Assembly: GCF_000007225.1 (NCBI RefSeq)
Contig: NC_003364.1
Coordinates: 300,001 to 332,000 of the forward strand
DNA: 32,000 nt
DNA from: Pyrobaculum aerophilum str. IM2
Lineage (GTDB): Archaea; Thermoproteota; Thermoprotei; Thermoproteales; Thermoproteaceae
Direction of reading: 5' to 3'
Below are positions 1 to 7,025 of the stretch, in pieces. Each line of letters begins with the position of its first letter. The first letter of the stretch is position 1. The notes beneath the pieces were generated by a model. That model was not told the origin of the DNA, searched no databases, and saw nothing but the letters and a program-made list of their open reading frames with translations. A program made the position numbers and the translations under genes.

Positions 1-2
1 TC

Positions 3-179
3 CACAGCGCCTTTAAGACGCCACTAATTGCCGGAATTCCGCTGTCAGCTTGGATCGCTCTCGCCTTACTCCCTGTGGGCCTCGGCTTAACTCTGATAGA
101 GAAATATCCCTATCTGTGGATGTGGATCCTGTGGATAGCTGCCGGCGCCCTCTTCTATTATATTAAGAGGCACGCCTAG
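3..179 (+). CDS. C-terminal end of a membrane protein (5' part lies outside the window)
   Basis: The frame is open from the window edge and reads HSAFKTPLIAGIPLSAWIALALLPVGLGLTLIEKYPYLWMWILWIAAGALFYYIKRHA, with stop TAG at 177-179. It has two helix-length hydrophobic stretches. It is too short to appear in the ORF track. Confidence 0.4.
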   Translation, partial: HSAFKTPLIAGIPLSAWIALALLPVGLGLTLIEKYPYLWMWILWIAAGALFYYIKRHA

Positions 180-666
180 ATGATTTGTAATAGGGCTTTT
201 CCGTTGTTGGAGAGGACTTTTGCCCCCTCGTCTATACTTTCGCAATGATGTTATAACTACCGTCTGTCTAGATCGCCTTAATCCAAACCCCTACGTCTGC
301 TATTGAGGCTTTAATTTTTAAGTCGTGATGATAATCACGAGGTTGTTAATCACAGTCGCCTCTAGATAAGAATATCGAGTTTTAATTATGGGATATGAGA
401 AAACGGAGAAAAGGGGGGATGTGACTGTTTAGTCGTTATCTGAGCATATTTTTGATCTTTGGCGTACCATCTCAATTGCCCCTGAGTTTCACTAAGGCGT
501 ATAAGTGCTTTTCTCCAGTAAGTATCGCGCTTTTTTCTCCTTCATTGCCTTGTCACAATTAAAGCGGCCAGCACCAAGCGGTCGGGTATGGCTATCGCCA
601 GCTGGCTACGTCTAGGCTAGCCGCCCGGGGGCTACGCCCTATTACGGTACGAGGGCTCCAGCTCCT

Positions 667-930
667 ATGGTATTGTTTGCTACAGGGCTGGGGCCTGCGA
701 CGTGCGCGTTCCGGCTATTTATCGCGGGAGAAAGGCTCGTGGCGATAGACCAGGACGGCAACGCGACAATCGCCATGAGGGCTGAGAGGGACTACTTGCT
801 ATACTGCCCGAGGTCGGTGCCAGCGGAGCAGGTTGGCAGTAACGGCGGCCTCGGGCACGTATTTAACCCCCCTCTTTTTCAATTTCTCCATGCCAACAGA
901 TGCGCCCGTGGGTTGTGCCACAGTCCTTGA
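667..930 (+). CDS. hypothetical ORF, possibly the 5' part of the next gene separated by a frameshift
   Basis: ATG start, 87 codons. The first ~55 codons share the G/C-ending codon bias of the GC-rich island. The last ~30 codons, which overlap ORF 833-1762, read like non-coding sequence. Confidence 0.3.
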   Translation: MVLFATGLGPATCAFRLFIAGERLVAIDQDGNATIAMRAERDYLLYCPRSVPAEQVGSNGGLGHVFNPPLFQFLHANRCARGLCHSP

Positions 931-1762
931 CCGCGCGCTTCCCCCATTTGCAACGGGGACTGTGCTGGCTGGTCTCGGCTACTCAGCGGCGGCCGGGATC
1001 GCCCTCGCTGGCGGATGGCCGCTGGCCGTAGTGCTGGCGGCCGCGCCTACAGCGTACATCGCCAGGCGGGTGCAGAAACTGCGCACCCTCAGGAGGGTGG
1101 CAAAGGTTATAGACTGCGACGGGCGGCTGGCGAAGCCCCTTAGAGTTGTGCCAGGCTACGTGGCGTCTGCCTACACGCTGAGGGCGGGCGTGCCCCCGGC
1201 GGCCGTCCGGGGGCTGGAGTTCCGCCCCGCAGGCGGGGAGCTCGTAGCCCACTCCCTCACCTGGGAGCACGCCCGGGGCTACGAAGTGCTGGCGACCGTA
1301 CCGTCGGTCTACGCGTGGCTTCCCGCCTATCAGGTGCTGGATCCCTGCTGTGCCTACGTGGCCAGGTTGGGGCCGGAGCTCGTGCCGCAACGCGGCCCCG
1401 TACGGCTGAAGGCGGAGTCCCCAGACGGCGATTACGCCGAGGCGGCGGCCGAGGTGCGGGGTAGCTCCCTGTGCGCGCAGGTGCAGTTCGCCCCCGTCCG
1501 GGCGAGATCTGCGCGGGTGGATCTCTACGTCCGCGGCGCATACGCACTCACCGTGATCTCCACCAGCGGCGGGACTGCGGAGGCGTGCGTCGACGTGGCC
1601 GGCAGGCCGGGCATCTACGTCTTCCGCGAGCCGATTAGCTCCGCCCGCCCCTTCGGCCTCAACGACTACGGCGTGCTGGGCCTGGGCGCCGCGGGCTACG
1701 CAGTGCGGCTGGTCATAGACATGCCCCGGCGCCGCGACTACTACACTGAGGCGGAGATCTAG
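833..1762 (+). CDS. hypothetical membrane-anchored protein of the GC-rich island
   Basis: 309-codon ORF (TTG at 833, first ATG at 890). Codon position 3 is almost always G/C. A hydrophobic segment, GLGYSAAAGIALAGGWPLAVVLAAAP, is followed by an Ala/Val/Arg/Gly-rich domain. No family recognised. Confidence 0.6.
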   Translation: MAVTAASGTYLTPLFFNFSMPTDAPVGCATVLDRALPPFATGTVLAGLGYSAAAGIALAGGWPLAVVLAAAPTAYIARRVQKLRTLRRVAKVIDCDGRLAKPLRVVPGYVASAYTLRAGVPPAAVRGLEFRPAGGELVAHSLTWEHARGYEVLATVPSVYAWLPAYQVLDPCCAYVARLGPELVPQRGPVRLKAESPDGDYAEAAAEVRGSSLCAQVQFAPVRARSARVDLYVRGAYALTVISTSGGTAEACVDVAGRPGIYVFREPISSARPFGLNDYGVLGLGAAGYAVRLVIDMPRRRDYYTEAEI

Positions 1763-2203
1763 CGCCCCCTGGATCTCAGTATCCTGACCCACTCGTTTTC
1801 TACGCCCGTAGGCTGGGGCGTCTGTTGCTGTTGCTGAACGCCGGGCGCCACCTGCGCTCGCAACGCCCTGTACGTCTTCCTCGCCCTCCTCGTCACCTTG
1901 CCCTGGATCAGCCCAGTGGCCCAGAGAGCCTCCACAAGTATCCCAGCGCTTGTCGCACAGGTGCGCCCAGAAGGCGTAGACTGGATCATACGTTGAGAGT
2001 AGCTTGCGCGCTAGATTGCTGTGCTCCAGCACCGCGCCAGGACACAGCGGCTCCCAGACGCTGAGCTCCTTATCGCCACACCGCGCGAAGAAACCCCACC
2101 TCTTGAGTTCACTGGCGTGTTGCCCGGGAACTGACTGAAGGGCACGGAACATCCGCTCTGCGGTAACTAGCTTTACGAATATAAGCGGGTTCGTCCGCCT
2201 CAT
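983..2203 (-). CDS. hypothetical protein; only the 5' ~440 nt (2203 down to ~1765) look genuinely coding
   Basis: The N-terminal ~145 aa (MRRTNPLIFVKLVTAERMFRALQ...WGFFARCGDKELSVWEPLCPG...YAFWAHLCDKRWDTCGG) have normal protein composition. From 1762 down to 983 the frame is the codon-aligned antisense of ORF 833-1762. It stays open only because TTA/CTA/TCA codons are rare in that gene, giving an Arg/Gly/Pro-rich product. Confidence 0.3.
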   Translation of the reverse strand: MRRTNPLIFVKLVTAERMFRALQSVPGQHASELKRWGFFARCGDKELSVWEPLCPGAVLEHSNLARKLLSTYDPVYAFWAHLCDKRWDTCGGSLGHWADPGQGDEEGEEDVQGVASAGGARRSATATDAPAYGRRKRVGQDTEIQGALDLRLSVVVAAPGHVYDQPHCVARGAQAQHAVVVEAEGAGGANRLAEDVDARPAGHVDARLRSPAAGGDHGECVCAADVEIHPRRSRPDGGELHLRAQGATPHLGRRLGVIAVWGLRLQPYGAALRHELRPQPGHVGTAGIQHLIGGKPRVDRRYGRQHFVAPGVLPGEGVGYELPACGAELQPPDGRRGHARPQRVGRRHVAWHNSKGLRQPPVAVYNLCHPPEGAQFLHPPGDVRCRRGRQHYGQRPSASEGDPGRR

Positions 2204-2384
2204 GAAATCGCGTACGGCGCAGAAGTTTTTGACCGTATGAAGAACAAAAAGGGAGCGGAATTATAGCGTTCTCGTCGTTCTCCCCAATGAGAAAAATTAA
2301 AATCGGGGGGTGGAACAGAGGGTACAAAAAGCCATTGAAATACAACTGAAAAAACCGAGATGGAGTAGATACGCCAGGAGGCGC

Positions 2385-2807
2385 CTAACCGCCAGCGATT
2401 AGCTGTGCCGCCTTCCTCACCCCCCGCTCTATATATGGCACGCGGTCCGCCACGTCTTCCATGGTCAAGCGCGCTTCGTGATATCCCTCTACGTGTAGAA
2501 ACCACGCCTCGGCAAACGCCAGTCTAAACTCCTCGCCTAGCGTTTTCGCCAGTTTTCTCACGGCGGAGAAGAATATCCTCGCCTCCCACCTGCCCACGCG
2601 GGCCGCCTCGTCTGCCTCTGGCAACTTCAGCGCTATAGACGCCGCCTTAACCGCCTCCTCAATTGCCTTGTAAAGCTTCTCGCTGGCTTGTACGGGATCT
2701 GTCTGGCTCTTCCCCTCCTCTAAGTATTTAAAGGCCATGTCTATGTGTATTTTTGCCTCCTCCACGGGATCCAGGTCTAAATAACGGGCCAGCGCCTTAG
2801 TGAGCAC
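2385..2807 (-). CDS. PaREP1-family (HEPN-like, all-helical) protein
   Basis: 140 aa, GTG start. Segments DPVQASEKLYKAIEEAVKAASIAL and FAEAWFLHVEGYHE fit my recollection of the PaREP1 pattern. There is clear paralogy to the decayed copy at 13197-13447 (SAVRKL vs TAVRCI, FAEA vs FAEA). Confidence 0.7.
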   Translation of the reverse strand: MLTKALARYLDLDPVEEAKIHIDMAFKYLEEGKSQTDPVQASEKLYKAIEEAVKAASIALKLPEADEAARVGRWEARIFFSAVRKLAKTLGEEFRLAFAEAWFLHVEGYHEARLTMEDVADRVPYIERGVRKAAQLIAGG

Positions 2808-2853
2808 ATACTCGACGTCTACATCCCCGCCGCTTCAATGAGCGCCTCCATGG

Positions 2854-3366
2854 CTACAACAAGCCTTTCTCCTTCGCCGCTAGAAACGCAATAATAGTCT
2901 TGCTGTCCTTCACCTCGCCGGATATTATCGCCCTCAGCACTTCGCCTGGCTCTTTTAACAACACCTCCATATCTATCTCGCCGGGATCGCGCCTGCCTAT
3001 CCCCACGTATTCTAACTCGTCTGCGTAAAAAATCCTTATCAGCTCGTTGCTTATCCCCGGGCTCGGGTAGAAGTCCAGCAGGGGAGTGAGGCGCAGCGGC
3101 TTATACCCCGTCTCCTCTATCATCTCCCTCACGGCGGCCTCCTCGGGGCTTTCCCCCCCGTCTAATGTGCCCGCTGGTATTTCAATCGTCCAGCTCTTAA
3201 GGGCAGGTCTGAACTGCCTCACTAAAACTGCCTTTCCGCCCGTTAAGGCCAAAACGGCCACGGCGCCGGGATGTACTAAATACTCCCCCCATATTATTCT
3301 CCCCCCGACCTCCCTAGCCCGCCTCACTAGGGTAAACTTCCTGGCCTTGTATATCACCTCGTCCAC
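2854..3366 (-). CDS. NUDIX hydrolase (ADP-ribose pyrophosphatase-like)
   Basis: Nudix box [19 protein letters not shown] (GX5EX7REUXEEXGU). 170 aa. An A/T box GGTTTATAAAAATT lies about 25 nt upstream of the start. Confidence 0.9.
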   Translation of the reverse strand: MDEVIYKARKFTLVRRAREVGGRIIWGEYLVHPGAVAVLALTGGKAVLVRQFRPALKSWTIEIPAGTLDGGESPEEAAVREMIEETGYKPLRLTPLLDFYPSPGISNELIRIFYADELEYVGIGRRDPGEIDMEVLLKEPGEVLRAIISGEVKDSKTIIAFLAAKEKGLL

Positions 3367-3416
3367 AAAACAGCGATAGAAGCGGTTTATAAAAATTCGA
3401 CAACTGCCATAAGGGT

Positions 3417-3479
3417 GAAGCTCTCAGCGACCAGAAACCGTCCTCACCTTTCGGAGCCCTGGGAAACATCACACTTCTT
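3417..3479 (-). ncRNA. candidate C/D box sRNA (weaker)
   Basis: The minus strand reads GUGAUGU(C)-UUCCCAGGGCUC-CGAA(D'; CCGA if shifted 1 nt)-AGG-UGAGGA(C')-CGGUUUCUGGUCG-CUGA(D). Flanking GAAG/CUUC could pair. It is intergenic. The CCGAA D' region is the same as in the stronger candidate at 9880-9933. The C box ends in U rather than A. Confidence 0.35.
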
Positions 3480-3601
3480 GAAGGGCAACAAAACTTTAAG
3501 ATTTTACTGCTTTTATGACTCGACTGCACGCGTGAAGACGGCGGGGTTTTCCGAGGCGTGATGAAGTCAAGGGCCTTAAAATGTTTTATCCTAGAAGGGG
3601 C

Positions 3602-3676
3602 TGGTGGACCGGCCGGGATTCGAACCCGGGATCTCCCGCGCGCGAGGCGGGCATCCTTCCGCTAGACTACCGGCCC
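3602..3676 (-). tRNA. tRNA-Ala (anticodon CGC), CCA encoded
   Basis: The reverse complement folds as a cloverleaf. The acceptor stem GGGCCGG/CCGGUCC includes the G3:U70 Ala identity pair. The anticodon stem is CCCGC/GCGGG with loop CUCGCGC, and the T arm is CCGGG-UUCGAAU-CCCGG. The discriminator is A, followed by genomic CCA (3602-3604). Confidence 0.95.
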
Positions 3677-3849
3677 CGTAGTTGTATATCTCACGTTTTT
3701 TAAGCTTTTTGCCGTGGCAATGGGCGCGTTGTTGCTCAATGGCTTTAGTTCTCGCAACATCTACACGTCGTGCATTGAGTGATTAATATCTCGCAGAACT
3801 TCCCCCTACGCTGTGCACAATGTTTAAAAATTCAAAACAGAGCTCCCCT

Positions 3850-4809
3850 ATGGAGGCCGGAACTAGCGGCAAGTCTCTAATGAAAGCGTCTTTGTTGGCG
3901 TTGCTCGGGGCTGTATACCTATCGGCGGCGACAATAGTCGTGTCTTTTCCCGCATACGACGTTGTGTTAAAAGAGGCCTTTCCCGCAGCCAACGTGGTTT
4001 TGTTGACAAAGGGCGTCTCAGACCCCCACGAGTACCAGCTGACGGCTTCTGACGTGATGTTTCTGCGCAACTTAACCGCTGGGGACGTTTTAGTCCTGTC
4101 AATGCACGCGCCTTTTGAGTTGAGAATAGCCGAGATGGCCGAGAGGGGGGAGGTAAAGGCCAGGGTAATTGACTTGACAAAAATCCAGCTCTACCTCACT
4201 TACGACGGGAGGCTGACTCCTTACGCCTCTGGAGTCAACCCTCACGACCACGGAGTTTTTCCGCCGAATGTCTTTAGACTGGTAGAGGCCGTGGCTAACG
4301 CCACAGGACTGCCCCCCGATGAGGGGTTTATGTCGCGCCTCAAGGCCATTAACTCTACATATTGCTGTAAGTTTAACGGAAAGGCCGTTGCCCTGACCCC
4401 CGCCGCCCAGTACATCTTATACTGGCTGGGCTTTAGGGATGTGGCGGTGCTTATTAAAGACCCAGAAGTGCCGCCTACTCCCGATGATTTTCAAAAGGCT
4501 ATTCAGTACGCCGCCGTCGGCGCTCCTGTCTTGGCAGTTGTGGCGAGGGGCGAGGCGTCTCGTATTGTTGACCAATTTCTCCAAAAGGCAAGAGAGCAGG
4601 GGATACAGCCGAGGGTAGTAGTTGCAGATTTCTCCAAAGGCTATCTCTCAACGCTTGAATACGTGGCAAGACAAGTGGACTCTGCGGGATCTCCCGCCGC
4701 TTCCCCAGCCCCGGCCTCGCCGTCTGGCGGCTACCCGTGGCTTTACGCCGTAGCGGCGCTGTTAGCGGTTTTGGCAGCAGTTGTGCTCTTGAAGATTAAG
4801 AGGAGCTGA
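3850..4809 (+). CDS. ZnuA/TroA-like metal-binding solute-binding protein with C-terminal membrane anchor
   Basis: Motifs SDPHEYQLTASDV and NPHDHGVFPPNV match the DPHxY/NPHxW pattern of cluster-9 metal SBPs. There is an N-terminal signal-like segment LLALLGAVYLSAA, a Pro/Ser/Ala linker SPAASPAPASPSGG and a C-terminal TM helix. The ORF opens at ATG 3820, but that ATG sits inside the A/T box TTTAAAAATT (3823-3832), so ATG 3850 or 3880 is the more likely start. Confidence 0.8.
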   Translation: MEAGTSGKSLMKASLLALLGAVYLSAATIVVSFPAYDVVLKEAFPAANVVLLTKGVSDPHEYQLTASDVMFLRNLTAGDVLVLSMHAPFELRIAEMAERGEVKARVIDLTKIQLYLTYDGRLTPYASGVNPHDHGVFPPNVFRLVEAVANATGLPPDEGFMSRLKAINSTYCCKFNGKAVALTPAAQYILYWLGFRDVAVLIKDPEVPPTPDDFQKAIQYAAVGAPVLAVVARGEASRIVDQFLQKAREQGIQPRVVVADFSKGYLSTLEYVARQVDSAGSPAASPAPASPSGGYPWLYAVAALLAVLAAVVLLKIKRS

Positions 4810-4861
4810 GAAGACGGGCGCCCGAGAGTTAAATTTAAAAACAACAAGCTACCCGGGGCCC

Positions 4862-5839
4862 ATGGCAGAGGCGTTGCCACTGCCTTCTATTGGTCCCCTG
4901 GGAGTTGTGGCTGGGATTTTTCTCACTGTGTTGGCAGGGCTTTTAATTGAACAGCTAGTGCATTTTATTTCGTGGCGTTATCAAAGAGCGGTCACCGGCG
5001 TGGCGGCTATTTTCGCCCCCATTATTACGTCGAGCCCAGAGCTTGCGATTTTCACAGTGGCATTGCTGAGCGGCCAGATAGAAATCGCGTGGGGCTCTAT
5101 TGTGGCTCAGCCCTTCATGGCCTCTAGTGTGATTTACCCAGCAGTTGTCCTCACGGCCATTACGGCGTGGTTCTTCGGCAAGCGTAAGTACAAACTGCCG
5201 CACGTACACCGAATTGTCGCCGTTCCGCTCTTAGTCTTCACAATCCCCCTGCTCCCCATCCTCCTCCTCCACCCAGAGAAATACGGCGTTTACGGCCAGC
5301 TATACGGCCTTTTACTACTCGCCGTTTATTTCCTATACGCTAAGTTTATGCTACGGGAGGAGAAGGTGGAGAGGGGGGCGGCGCATTTGTGGTTGCGAAA
5401 TCCCGCCCTGCAGACCGCCGCGGCAATTGTGACGATGTTCTTCGGAGCTGAATGGATAGTGAGCGGAATAAAGGAGCTGGGGGCGGCTGCTGGGTTAGAT
5501 GAGCTCGCCCTCTCCGTCATTATTGTGCCAATCGCCACAGTGATTCCGGAGTCAATTGTAGGCCTTATATTCATCGCAAAGGGTAAGGACGACGAGGGAG
5601 TCAGTGTTATCGTCGGGGAGAAGGCCCTCTACAGTACCTTCTACCCGGGGCTGGCCATGGCGCTGGGAGTCTACACGTTAGAGCCGGCGGCTGTCACCGC
5701 TTTAACACTGGCTATAATAGTGTCTATTTTTGAGGTTATAGCCATTTGGTTTGGATACTTCGGCCTCACGGCGCCGATTGGGCTGGCCGGCTACATCTAC
5801 TATGTTTCGTGCTACACTCTTTACGCCTGGTGTCCGTAA
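4862..5839 (+). CDS. Ca2+/cation antiporter (CaCA, Na+/Ca2+-exchanger-like) membrane protein
   Basis: Polytopic, 325 aa, with two alpha-repeat-like motifs: APIITSSPELAIF and VPIATVIPESIVGLIFIAKGKDD (GxSxPE-type). An A/T box TTAAATTTAAAAAC at 4829-4842 lies 26 nt upstream of the ATG. Confidence 0.65.
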   Translation: MAEALPLPSIGPLGVVAGIFLTVLAGLLIEQLVHFISWRYQRAVTGVAAIFAPIITSSPELAIFTVALLSGQIEIAWGSIVAQPFMASSVIYPAVVLTAITAWFFGKRKYKLPHVHRIVAVPLLVFTIPLLPILLLHPEKYGVYGQLYGLLLLAVYFLYAKFMLREEKVERGAAHLWLRNPALQTAAAIVTMFFGAEWIVSGIKELGAAAGLDELALSVIIVPIATVIPESIVGLIFIAKGKDDEGVSVIVGEKALYSTFYPGLAMALGVYTLEPAAVTALTLAIIVSIFEVIAIWFGYFGLTAPIGLAGYIYYVSCYTLYAWCP

Positions 5840-5868
5840 TCTTTTTAAACAACTTCTTGTTAGCCGCC

Positions 5869-6156
5869 ATGCATAGAGACAAGGTAGTGGGGCTCGCCTT
5901 GATGGCAATTGGCGTGGCTGGCATTCTCATTTATGGCTGGCTAGTCTTCCTCTCGCCTTGGCAGTTTTTAATTCTCCAGCTCACGGCCTTTATTGCAGTA
6001 GCCGCCGTGTTGGGCATATTGGCGTGGGTTGGCTACGCCTTGGCCACAACTCCTCCGCCGAAACCTATTGAGGAGATCGAGAGGGAGGTTCAGAAGGCTC
6101 TGGAGGAGATCGAGAGGCAGATGAAGGAGGAGTCTTCTCAACAGGCTTCGCAGTAG
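5869..6156 (+). CDS. small two-TM membrane protein with charged coiled-coil-like tail
   Basis: The start is taken at ATG 5869, with A/T box CTTTTTAAAC at 5841-5850, 23 nt upstream. The longer ORF from 5746 overlaps the CaCA gene. There are two hydrophobic helices followed by PPPKPIEEIEREVQKALEEIERQMKEE. Confidence 0.55.
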   Translation: MHRDKVVGLALMAIGVAGILIYGWLVFLSPWQFLILQLTAFIAVAAVLGILAWVGYALATTPPPKPIEEIEREVQKALEEIERQMKEESSQQASQ

Positions 6157-7024
6157 GCTTGTGGGGCTCCACGTGTACTGTCACCTCGCCTCCCAGGACT
6201 TCTCTCAACGTTTTTTCCACTTTGTCAGCTATTTCGTGCGCCTCCTTCACGGTTAAGTTTTCGTCTACTGTAATTGTCACGTCGGCGTGGTATACGCTTC
6301 CAGACTTCCGCACTTTAACTGCCCTCACAGACTGGACGCCCGCCACGCTACCAGCCTTAGCTTTAGTTCTCTCCACTATGTCCGGAGGGGCGTAGTCTAA
6401 TAACTCCACCACAGAGGCTCTGAGTAGCTCCATGCTCAGTTTTACAAAGTATATAGTAATTGCAAAGGCTATGGAGGCGTCAATTAGGGGCCCCCATTGC
6501 ATTAAGAGATTGGGCGCGTATACGGCAGAGAAGGCCCCGAAAATTAACACCGCCAATATAGCCGATGAAGACGCCAAGTCTGTGGAGAAGTGCAGTGCAT
6601 CTGCCTCTAAGGCTCTGGAAACCCCCCTAAATCTTCTGAGGACTAAGACTCTGTTAAAATCTATTACTATCGCCAGGGCCACAATGGCAATGCCGAGGGC
6701 CGTCGGGGCGAAGGGCTCCCAGTGAATTAACTTCATCACAGCCTCGTAGGATATAAAGGCCCCTGAGGCCATTACCGCGAGGGAGCCGCCTATTCCGCCT
6801 AGGGTCTCCGCCTTATGGTGGCCGTAGGGATGTTCCCGATCTGGCGGTTTTAGGCTGGCCTTCACCGCTAGATATGTTATGGTAACGGCCAGGAGATCTA
6901 CCGCTGAGTGCACCGCGTCCGCGAGGACTGCCACTGAGAAGCTCTGGCTCCACGCAACTATTTTTAATAAAGTGACTGCAATCCCTGCTACGAGGGAGGT
7001 GAACGCGGCCCTAAGCTTGTCCAT
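6065..7024 (-). CDS. cation diffusion facilitator (CDF) family metal efflux transporter
   Basis: Six TM segments, the HPYGHHKAETLGG motif, HSAVD/HFSTD metal-site motifs, and a C-terminal cytoplasmic domain ending ...VTVHVEPH. The start lies 1 nt after the trpC stop. Confidence 0.9.
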   Translation of the reverse strand: MDKLRAAFTSLVAGIAVTLLKIVAWSQSFSVAVLADAVHSAVDLLAVTITYLAVKASLKPPDREHPYGHHKAETLGGIGGSLAVMASGAFISYEAVMKLIHWEPFAPTALGIAIVALAIVIDFNRVLVLRRFRGVSRALEADALHFSTDLASSSAILAVLIFGAFSAVYAPNLLMQWGPLIDASIAFAITIYFVKLSMELLRASVVELLDYAPPDIVERTKAKAGSVAGVQSVRAVKVRKSGSVYHADVTITVDENLTVKEAHEIADKVEKTLREVLGGEVTVHVEPHKPTAKPVEKTPPSSASRSPPEPSEPPSRSPQ

Positions 7025-7025
7025 C

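Noticed and set aside
325-331. GUGAUGA at 325, considered as a C box of an sRNA
   Set aside because: No CUGA lies within 60 nt downstream. The sequence is better explained as half of the GTGAT/ATCAC palindrome.
983-1762. The 3' two-thirds of the 406-codon minus-strand ORF, considered as independent coding sequence
   Set aside because: Its codons are exactly antisense-aligned to ORF 833-1762, whose own position-3 G/C bias marks it as the coding strand. The mirror frame stays open only because TTA/CTA/TCA codons are rare in that gene. Its product is Arg/Gly/Pro-rich.
3558-3606. A perfect C box GUGAUGA on the plus strand next to tRNA-Ala, with canonical 12-4-3-6-12 spacing
   Set aside because: No D box is present: the position reads CUGG/UGGU, lacking the essential GA. 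The D' and C' positions (UAAA, UUUUAU) are also unrecognisable.
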